Notes under the pieces: model-generated
What the model was told of the DNA's origin: nothing
Database searches by the model: none
What the model saw: only the letters and a program-made list of their open reading frames with translations
Part shown: piece after piece, positions 13,401 through 25,400 of the stretch
Layout: every line of letters begins with the position of its first letter
Numbering within the stretch: the first letter of the stretch is position 1
Origin: Bacteroidia bacterium
GTDB taxonomy: Bacteria; Bacteroidota; Bacteroidia; M30B66
Reading direction: 5' to 3'
NCBI GenBank assembly: GCA_965279035.1
Contig: OZ257142.1
Span: forward strand, 2,016,001-2,080,000
Length of the DNA stretch: 64,000 nt
Translations under genes and position numbers: made by a program

Positions 13401-16400
13401 GCTGGTGCACAAGTTTCATTTGTCTATCCTTTAGGAGATAATGTGGGGACTGCAGAATACTCTCCAGCAAGTATTACGTTTAGCGCCCTTGGTGCGGGAA
13501 CACTAGGTTTACAAGTGAAGAACGCAGCTCATCCCAACTTAGGTGCACCTAGCGATTATTTGAATCGTTACTGGAGTTTTGGAAGCACGACAATTACCGC
13601 CTATACATACACTGCTGCTTTTACATACGCCGCCGCCGATGTGGTTGGTTTGCCAGGTTCTATGAATGCCGCTCGTTGGGATGGATCACTTTGGAATCCT
13701 ATGACCGCAACTACCGGTGGTAATGTGTTAACGATCACAAGTACTCCACTTAATAATACAACTTCACCACTTGCTGCTACATCCGATTTCACTGGACGTG
13801 TAACACCGTATGTATATTATTTCCGTAGCATCCAAAGTGGAAACTGGAATGATGTCAATACCTGGGAAGTTGCTTATGACGCAGCTTTCACTACACCAAT
13901 TTGGCCAGCACCTTTTGCACCTGATGATGCCAACTCCGCTTCTGTTTTAGTTCGAAGCGGTCATGTGGTTACTGTTACTGCCAATACTTCTGTCGATCAG
14001 TTTTCGATGGATAACACCGTTACTACTACACTAACAATCAATTCAGGCGTAACCTTTACTTTGAAAGATGGAGCTGGTAACGATTTCACAGGAGCAGGAG
14101 CAAGTGCTCGTATTAATATCAATGGAACGTATGTGAATCAAGGTGTTCAGACCGGAACCATGCCGACGGTTGTTGTTGGAGCAACAGGCGTTTACAATCA
14201 CAATCAAAATGGAGGTACAGTTTATACTGCAACTTGGAGTGCTAGCTCGGAGTGTTTAATTACAGGAACAACATCCACCACACCTGCTGGTATTAGTGGA
14301 CAAACCTTTGGTAAATTCACATGGAATACGCCTTCAATGACAATGGCAACTACAACGGCCATTCTCGCAAGTGCTACAACATTCAATGGTGATTTTACAC
14401 TTATATCAACCGGAACACCTTCGACCAATGCTTTATTACTAAGTACCACTTCCATCATTCTCACTTATAATGGAGATTTTTTAATTCAAGGTGGAACGTT
14501 GAATATTACCAATGCAGCAGTTGGACTTACTTTGAATCTTAGTGGCAATTACAACCAATTGGGTGGAGTTCTCACTCAAACGGGTGCAACAGCTTCTACA
14601 ATCAACTTTAATGGAATTGGAAAATCGTATACACGTTCAGCTGGAACGGTTACCAATACCAACCTTAATTATGGAGTGAATTCAGCTACAGCAAACTTCA
14701 GCTTGAATTCGAATATTGATGTGGCAAGTACACGTACGTTCATAGTTACAACAGGTACTTTGAATTTGGGAACTAGTCTGATAACAGGTGCGGGATCATT
14801 TACGTTGACAAGTGCCACTACAGCTGGTTTAGGAATTGGCGATCCAGATGGAATTGTGTTGGTTGCAGGTGGAAGCATTGGGAATGTGAGAACTGCAGCA
14901 AGATCTTATGGAGCCTTAGCAAATTACAGTTATGCTGCTACCGCTTTAAATACAGGTTCTGGATTGACGGCTGCAAATAGCTTAAACTTCACGGGAGCTA
15001 CAATTAATTTAAGTGTGCCAGTAGCTGTTTCAGGAACTAGCAATGCATTGGGAATGAATGCAAGCTTGCTTAGTTTAGGAAATAATAATCTATCGTTTAG
15101 CAATGCTGCTGCTACTTTCAATGGTACGTTTAGTTCAAGTAATATGGTGCTTACCAATGGAACTGGACAATTCATCCGAACTATTCCAGCATCAGGGTTT
15201 GTCAATCCGTATGTATTCCCTATTGGAGGAAGTACGGGCTATTCACCTGCTAGCTTGACTTTCACAGCAGCTGCAGGCGGGACAATAGGAGCGAAGGTGA
15301 CCGAAGGAACGCATCCGAACATGTTAACACCAGTAGTTTCGGATTACATCAATCGCTATTGGAATTTCACAACGACAGGAATGGGCACTTATACCTATTC
15401 CGGTTTAATGCAATATCAAGATGCTGATATTGTTGGAAGTGAAGCCTTATTGTTGAATTCGGTTTGGGATGGTTCTTCTTGGAACGGTATTCCAAGTATA
15501 GTTGATACACCCGATAATACCTTGTATTTCCCAGGAATTGGAACATTGACCAATGTATCAGCACCGTTAACAGCTGCTTATACCTATTCTGCTCGTAATA
15601 CACCTGTTCAATATTATTATCGTACGATAGCTTCAGGTAACTGGAATGATCCAGCAATTTGGGAGATATCAACTGATGCAGCATTCTTAAATCCTCTACC
15701 TGTTGGAGCTGCAGTTTCTCCTGATGCTTTAAATTCTTTGGGAATTCTAGTTCGTTTAGGACATGTGGTAAATGTAACTGCCAATGTTACTGTGGATCAA
15801 CTATCTATGGATAATATTGCAAACTCTACTATCATCGTCAATTCAGCAGTCAATTTTACTTTAAATGATGGACCAGGGAATGATGTCACATTTACTGGAT
15901 CAAATGCTCGAATCATCATCAATGGAAATTTCATCAATAAAGGCGTTCAAACAGGAACTCAAGCAACAGTTACTGTCAATGCGAATGGTGTTTATGAGCA
16001 CAATCAAAATGGAGGAACAGTTTATACCGCTACATGGAATGCAAGTTCAGAATGTTTGATTAGTGGAGTTACATTAACAGCTCCTACAGGTATTTCAGGA
16101 CAAACCTTTGGAAAATTCACTTGGAATAATCCATCTCAAACGGTTGCTCTACCAACAGCTATTCTAAGTGGAGCAACAACCTTCACTGGTGACTTCACTG
16201 TGATTTCTACTGGAACACCAGCAACCAATGCGCTCGTACTTTCATCTGGAGCCATTACGGTTGCTATGAATGCTGATTTGTTGATACAAGGAGGGACCTT
16301 GAACTTAATTAATGCAGCAGCAGCGGTTACATTAAACTTAGCAGGAAACTACAATCAAACAGGAGGAACTTTCACCCAAACGGGAGCTACTGCTTCGACT

Positions 16401-19400
16401 GTGAATTTTAATGGAATTGGAAAAAGCTATACGCAAAGTGGAGGCACAGTAACTGGAACCAATATCAACTATGCTGTAAATAGTGCTACAGCGAATTTTA
16501 GTTTGAATAATTCAATCGACATTTCAACAGGAAGAACATTCAATGTAAATACAGGAACCTTGAATATGGGCACAAGCCTAATTACGGGTGCTGGTTCATT
16601 TACACTGGTTTCGGTAGCAACGGCTACCTTGGGAATTGGCGATAATGATGGAATTGTAACAGTAGCTGGTGGATCGATAGGAAATGTGCGTACTGCAACC
16701 CGAAACTATGGTGCATTAGCAAATTACATTTACGTTTCAACAGCTAATAATACAGGAAATGGATTTGTTGCAGCGACCTCTGTTTTCTTCAACAATTCAT
16801 CACTCAATCTATCTTCTTCTGCAGTTATTTCGGGAACAACTGGTGCATTACAAATGACATCCAGTTTAGTGAGTTTAGGGAATAACAATTTAACCTTAAA
16901 TAATACTGCCGCAACAATTACTGGAGCTGCAAACGACAATACAAACATGATTATCACCAATGGAACTGGTCAGTTTATTCGATCTATTCCAGCTGCTTCT
17001 TGGACCAATCCATATGTTTGGCCTATTGGTACTACAAGCCTTTACAATCCAGTAAAAATGAGCTTTACCGCTGCTGCTGCTGGAACTATTGGGGTGAAAG
17101 TGGTAGATGCAGTTCATCCTTCAATGGGAGTTGCTGCCGACAAACTCAATGTGTATTGGGATTTTACTACAACTGGATTAGCCACATACACACTTAGCTC
17201 ATTTGAATTAAACTATAATGATGCTCAAGTGAGCGGTTCTGAAGTGGGATTATCTGGAAGTTTATATTCAGGTGGATCGTGGAATGGATATCCATCTACG
17301 GTTGATGCGGTAAACAACAAAATCACTTTCCCAAGCAGCGGTTCTTTAACCAATGCAACAGCACCTTTAAATGGTTTCTCCTATACTGGAAGAACAGCAT
17401 ACATTGCATATTACCGAACTGTTGCATCCGGAAACTGGAACAATCCTGCTATTTGGGAAGTAGCTACCGATGCAGCATTTACCGCTCCGGTGCCTGCTGT
17501 CACTTTCCCAACCGATGATAACAACTTAGGAATTACCATTCGCAATGGACATGTTGTTCAGGTTACTGCGAATGTTCAAGCCGATCAAATTACTATCGAC
17601 AATACCGCCAACTCAACCCTCAATATCAATGTTGGTGTTGTATTTACATTGGTTGATGGTTTAGGAACTGATTTAACGCTAAACGCGAATTCTCGACTAT
17701 TAGTCAACGGTGAATTTGTTAATACAGCACTCGTTTCAGGTGCAAGTACTACAACAATGAATGTTCTTGCTACTGGAACTTACAATCATGCTCATAATGC
17801 CGGTGTGGTTTTAACACCTACATGGACAGCAGGTTCAACCTGTTTGATAAGCGGTACTATCAATACTGCACCAACAGGATTAAATCAATCTTTCCGCAAC
17901 TTCACTTGGAATACACCCGGTTTAACGGTTAGTAATCTGAGCCTAGCTGCAGGTTTAGTAACAGTCTTCGAAAATTTAACAGTAATATCAACTGGATCAG
18001 GTTCTGTTTCATTGGCAACATCTTCTTATACCATTGGGATTTCAGGAGATCTTATCCTGAATGGTGGAACATTCAACTTGAATTCGGGATTAGCTTTTAT
18101 AACCACCTTAAACATCGGAGGAAATTATAATCAATCAGGCGGAACCTTAACCTGTACTGCAACGAGTCCTTCGGTGATCAATTTTGTAGGAACCAATAAA
18201 ACCTATACGCAAACAGGTGGTACGGTAAACAATGCCATGATCAATTATGCTGTGAATTTAGCAGCAGCTGTTATCACTTTAAATAATGGAATAACTCTTT
18301 CTTCGGGAAGAAGTTTTAGTGTTGCAACTGGTACTCTCAATATGGGTACTCAAGTGATTGATGGCGCGGGTTCTTTCTCAGTAACAAGTGTTGCAACAGC
18401 CACCTTAATCAGTGGTTCAACTCAAGGGTTGAATGCTGCTGCAGCAAGTGGAAATGTTCAAACAACAGGAGGAAGAACTTTTGGTGTTTTAGCAAATTAT
18501 ACGTTTGCTGGTTCAAGTCCTCAAAACACTGGAAATGGTGTTACGGCAGCAACTACACTTACAATCAATAATGCATCTGGCGTTACTGCTACTGGGCCAA
18601 TTTCAACGGCCAACCTCACATTGTCAGCAGGTGTTTATACAACAACTACAGCTAATTTATTGACCATCACAGGAATCACCGCAATTGGAGGAACGCCTTC
18701 ATCAACTGCTTGCGTTTCTGGTCCGGTTGATAGAGTAATTCCTGCCAATCGTTCTACGGCTCTTACTTTATTGTATCCTTTAGGAAAAGGAGGAAGTTAT
18801 AATCCATTCGAATTGGTTAATCCAACTACAGGTGCAGGTGGTTCTGTGACTGTTCGTGCTGAAGTTTTTAACGCCAATGCTGGTGGATTTGCTGGTGCTG
18901 GATTCGCTTCAATGAATACCAATCGCTATTGGTCATCTTCGATTACTGCTGGAGCTGCTAACTTGCTCACGAGTGGAGCTGTTAAACTAACAGAAACTAC
19001 TCCGGCATTGGTTTCGGGCACGCATGGAGTTGGACAATGTTCCAGCGTTGGAGGAACGTATGCTTACAAAGGTGGATCAGTTTCAGCCCCAACAATTCAA
19101 ACAACTTCAACATTGAATTCTGGTTATGGATTTTTTGTGATTGGAACTGTTGGTCCAATTACTTGTCCTTCGCCAACTTTAGTAGTTGGGCCTGGCGGAG
19201 ATTTCAATTCATTAACAGATGCAAGTGCTGTATTAAATGCCTTACCGATTAACTGTAACCTCATTTTGGAATTGAATGCTACGTATAATTCTTCTGTAGA
19301 AACTTTCCCTGTTACGTTTAACAATTTCACCTATGGAGTAGGCGGACCATTTACCGTTACAGTTCGTCCAGCAACTGGAGCAAGCCCAATAATTACAACT

Positions 19401-22400
19401 GCTGCTGCAACAGGATTAATTGTATTGAATGGTGCTGATAATCTAATTTTTGATGGACGACCTGCTGGAGTTGGTGCACCACTGAGTTTCTCATTAACCA
19501 ATACCAATGTTAGCGGAAACACAATTACGCTTCAAAATGATGCTCAAAACAATAGCATTCGCTATATGGATATCAGCGGATCAAACACTTCGGGTACAAG
19601 TGGAATTATAACCATAAGTACAGCAGGAGCGGGTAGTGGCAATGACAACAATTTGTTTGAATACAATACTATTCATGGGAATGGAGCTCGTCCAGTGAAT
19701 TTGATTTATGCTTCAGGAACATCTTCTAAAGACAACGATAACAACACTATTTCCAATAATAATTTCCATACATGGGGAGCTGCAGCAGCTACTGATGCAT
19801 GTGCTATTGAGTTGAGTAGTTATAATAATGCGTATACGATCAGTGGAAATTCCTTTTATCAACCATCAACTCAAACTACTGCAACGAGTCATTTTGCTAT
19901 TCAGGTTAATGCAACAACTGCAGCTGCAAGCAATTACACGATAAGCAATAATTACATTGGTGGAAACGCTGCTTCGGCTAGTGGTACATGGACTGCAACA
20001 ACAGCAGGAATTGATTATCGATTCTGTGGAATAAGTGTCATAACAGCTCCATCAGGATCCAATACAATTTCTGGGAATACAGTTAAGAATATTACTGTTG
20101 CTACAGGAACATCATTTCAAACTCAATCCTCTGCATTTACTGGAATCTATACCGGAAATGGAACACATACAATTTCAGGAAATACGATTGGTAGTTTAAG
20201 TGCATCAGCCAACATTGCTTTCACGACAAGTAATCCCCAACTGAATGTACATGGTATTTTTAGTGAAACGACTATTGGTAATACAATCACAAGTAATTCA
20301 ATAGGAGGAATTTCGGTTGTCAATTCAGCTTCATCTGCAAATATTAGTAGCTTGTTTGCAATTCGTTTAGAAGCAAGTTCTATTTCAGGAACCATTTCAA
20401 TTACAGGGAATACTATTGGAAATCCTTCAGTAGCTAATAGTTTATTGAATAATACAGGAAACACTTATACGGCTTCTGGTTCGTTGCAAAATTTCACAAC
20501 GGGAATTTACTGTAGTTCGGATATTACGGCAACAATAAGTACTAATAACATTAGCAGTATTAATTATGCTGCAAATGGGACATCTACAGGAACCGGAATT
20601 TTAAATACATCTGGAATTTACAGAGTTATTGGAGGGAACAATCTAATTGAAAATAATACGATTCAATTAATTTCTTCTAGTAGTCCTTCTTTATTGACGG
20701 GTATTCGTATTCCGCTTGCAGGGATTGTGTTAAATGCATCGACAGCGCAAGGACAATCTGTTAGAGGAAACACAATTCACACGCTTTCCAATCTTCATGG
20801 AAGTGCAGCGGTAAATGTGGCAGGTATTGTTATGAATACTCCTGCAACACCAACGGTTACTGCTACAGTATATACAAACAATTTCTCTAATCCGACCGAT
20901 TGGACATTGAATACACCAACAGGTTCGGAAGGAGGAACGCCGAATCCTTGGTCGATTGGAAATGGAATTTCATATCCTGGTGGATCATGTGGAGCAGCAT
21001 CTACCAATTCGATGTATATCCGTTGTGCTGGATTTATTTGCGATTTATTAGGTGGTGGAGGACCTGTATATCAAACAGGAGGAGGCGTTTATGTGACCGA
21101 TCGTATGGCATCATCTGCAGCTAATATTTCTACAATTGGATATACAAGCTTGAATCTCAATTTTGCATGGCAGTGTGTTGGAGCTACTACTGCATACGGA
21201 TCAGTTCGATACAGTATAGATGGCGGTTCATCGTGGGTTGATTTACCTACCCAATATCGAAATCAAAGTTCTTGGCAATGTGCTTCAGTTTCGCTTCCTG
21301 CCGAATGCGAGAATATTTCTACGCTTCGTATTGCCTTCCGTTGGAGAAATGGTTTATCAAACAGTGATGTTGATCCACCATTTACTATTGCCAATATGAG
21401 TATTGATGGTCAAGCACTTGCAGCTGTAGAAAATGCTGCAGATAAAAACTTTATCCATTCAATCACTGCTTCAACAACAAGTGCAAGCGCTTCGATCACT
21501 GGTATCGTTCAAGCGGGAGGAATTTTGAAATACCGAAACAATATGATTCGTTTAGGTATTGATGCAACAGGTTCTAGCATTAATACTGGACTTGTTTTCC
21601 AAGGGTTTTTGGAGTCTTCAGGTGGTAGTGAGTATTTCCACAACAGTATCTATGTGGGTGGTTCATCTACAACTGGAGCGGGTAATTCATATTGTATTAA
21701 CAGTGTACCTGTTACAGGAACTCGCGACATACGAAATAATATTCTTTGGAATGCTCGCTCAAATGCTGGAGGTACAGGTAAACATTACGCACTTAAAGTA
21801 GGAACACTCACCAATTTAACAAGCGACTACAATGATCTTCAAGCAACAGGATCAGGTGCTATTTTAATGGCTAATGGAGCAACAGATTATGCATTTTTAC
21901 CACTTTGGCACATGGCTACTTTGATGGATTTGCATAGTGTAACTGGTGATCCAATTTTTGTGAATGCTACTGGGAATGCCACTTCTGTCAATCTCCATAT
22001 TACACCTGCAGCTAATACACCAATCGAAAGCGCAGGAGAGGCTATTGGAACTGTCACAAGCGATTTTGATAATGATACACGTGCTTCTAATACTCCAACC
22101 GACATTGGAGCTGATGCAGGTCTCTTTACACAAATCGATGTTACCGATCCAGCAATTACCTACACTCCTGTTTTAAATCAACCTGTTTGTTCGGGTGCAA
22201 TTACTACAACTGTTGAGGTGAATATCATTGATAATCAAACTGGACTTTCAACATCGAGTAATTTACCTCGCATTTATTTCCGTCGTAAAACGGGTGCTCC
22301 TACAACAGCTTGGTCAACAACGAATTCTGTTGCTGGGACCTTCTTATCTGGAACGGCCCAAAATAGTAACTGGCAGTTTGTTGTTGATTACTCTACGTTT

Positions 22401-25400
22401 GGAATTACCATCGCAGCCAACGATCAAATTGAATATTACTTCGTTGCACAAGATCAAGCAGGTTCACCCAATGTTGGAACTTCTCAAACGAATGGTGTAA
22501 CACCTGTGCATCCATCAACAGCAACTCTTACAACTCCTATTGGCTATGCACTTCCTGCAAATGGTTTCTTTACATTTAATGGAACTCCACTTTCGGGAAC
22601 TGTTACAGTTGGTACAGCCGGAACTTATGCAACGTTTAACGGTCCTGCCGGATTATTTACTGCAATCAATACCAATGGTATCAATGGAGATTTGACTGTT
22701 CGAGTTATAAGCGACATTTCCGAAACGGCCTATACTCCTCTCGGAAAACAAAGTGAATTCTGTGGATCAGGTTATCACATTCGCATCACACCTAACAACA
22801 ACACCGTTCGTACAATCACTGGTACAAATGGACAAACCATGATCGACATTAGTGGTGCATTTAGTTTAACTATTGATGGACGTGATCCTACAAATATTGC
22901 AGGTGGTGCTCGTAATTTGATTTTCCGTAACTCAAGTTTATTCCCTGCTATACGCTTTAACAATGGCGCTTCGGATGATACCTTAATGTATTGTCAAGTA
23001 CAATCGAAAGTACAATCGTCTACTCAAGGTGGTGGTGTAGTTACGATTGGTGGACCGCTTATCGTGGGAACGAACAATCTAGATAACATTGTTTTGTTTG
23101 AGAATAAAATCAGTTATCCAACGAATATTGGTGCTCCTGCATTATCTGATATACCTCAATTAGGTATTCAGTTCCAAGGAAGTACATCCTCTATGGTGAC
23201 CAATTTGGTCATTAAACGCAATAGCATTTTTAACTTCCAGACTTCAGCTATTGCTACCATGAACCCAAGTACAGGTATTGGAAACTCGTATATTGGAAAT
23301 GGAGCTGTTATAGATTCAAACCGAATTTACCAAACATTCACAATTCCTACATATCAGTATCCTATTGATTTAGATGTAAATGGATTGAGCTATGGGCATC
23401 AAATCACTAATAACTTAATAGGAGGAAATGCAGAGCCTTCACCTAACATCACTGGGACTTTAACAAATAGCAAGAGTGATGGTGAAATAGTGGCTATTTA
23501 TGTCAACACAGGCAATGCACCTGATTCTGTTTCATCCACTTCAATCCAAGGAAATAAAATCAAAAACATACTCCTTTCCGGAACTGGTTGGGATAATTTC
23601 GTGGGTATTCGGGTTGAAAATGGACGTGTGCGAATAGGTGATCAAACCAGAAACATCATCGGTGATAGCTTGATTGCTAATAATGTAGAATGTCGAGGTG
23701 GTGGATCTTTATTATCAGCTACTGCTAATTCTGCCATTATGGGTATCTGGACTCAAAGTACCGAGGAAGTCGTTATTGCTAACAATTTGGTAGCGAATCT
23801 AACTGCATCAGCTCCAGTGAACGGATATTGTTTCGTAGATGCCATCGCTCATGGTAGCAATCTATATTACAATGATATCTTGTATAATACAGCAGGAGGT
23901 AAAGTCACTATGCGGAATAATCGTGTCGACTTTGTTCTATCAGCCAGTCGTTTACAAAATTCAGCTATTTCGAGTGAAGGGATGATGGGGTATTTTGTTT
24001 ATACCAATTCAATGAGTAATGTGATTGAGAAAAACGTCATCATTAATTCAGGTGTGAATAATATAGTGAATCGCAATGTGCGTGTTTACGGTATGCACTT
24101 CGGTGTTTATGGATCTCTTGTGAATCAGGGTGGTCGTGTAAATAATAACATGGTTGCTAGTTTAGCAAATACTGCTTCGGGTGATAATACCGGAACCATC
24201 ATGCCTGAACTTCATGCAATGATTGTGGCTTATGGAACTTGGGATGTGTATAATAACCAAATCTTCCTTCGTAACGGTACAACAGGAACTCCTATCACGA
24301 ATACCAATACATTCATGTCGGGTATTCAAGATGGATTGCGCAATTTGGCAGGACAGGGAGCAAATTATTATAACAATACCATCTATATTTCGGGGACAAA
24401 TGCTGGAGCAGCTCCAAACAATGCGAGCTATGCTTTCCTTCGTTTCCCTAACTTAACCGGTACTGTTGCAGGAGCGCCAATCGTTCTGAAAAACAACCTT
24501 TTCATCAACGATCGTGGTGGTCCAGGTAATCACCGTGCATTTGGGAATGTGAATACAACGGCACCTGCAACTGGATGGAATTCAACCGCTTCTGATTACA
24601 ATCTACTCTTTAATGCAACAGCCGGTGTTACTACCCGCTGGGGAACGACCGATTACAATTTAGCTGGCTTCCAAACAATAAGTGGTGGTGATGCCAATAG
24701 TACATGGATTCAAACTGCTGGAACAACTACGCCAACAACCTTGTATCCGTATGACTTACTCACCCTTCCGCTTTATGGCGATTTGCATATTCTACTTACA
24801 AATCCAACCGCCTATGGTTTTGTGAATGCCAAAGGAAATAACATAGCACTAGTGACAACTGATATTGACGGAGATGCTCGTAATGTAACTACTCCTGATC
24901 CCGGTGCTGATGAATTCACTGTGTGTCTCGATCCATTTGTAACAACTCAACCAAGCAATCAAACCGTTTGTCCTGCTTCCGCTGCTAGCTTTACAGCTGT
25001 AGTTGGTGGTTTAGCTCCTTTGACTTATCAATGGGAAGAATCGACAGATGGTGGAACGACTTGGAATCCACTATCAAATGCTGGTGTTTATTCTGGAACG
25101 GATGCATTGACATTGAATATTTCTTCTTCTACTGGTTTAGGTGGAAATAAATATCATCTCATCATTACCAATGTTTGTAGTTCAACAACTTCGAATGCGG
25201 CTACACTTAATTTGTTAACGCCTCCGAGTATCACTACTTACAGTCCGCCTTCTTTCATCAATAATATCTGTGCATTAAGTAATACAGGTTTTGGTGTAAC
25301 AGCGGCTGGTGATGGATTAACGTATCAATGGAATGTATCAACCGATAATGGTGGAACTTGGAATCCGGTTGTTAATAATGCCACATACAGTGGTGCTACT

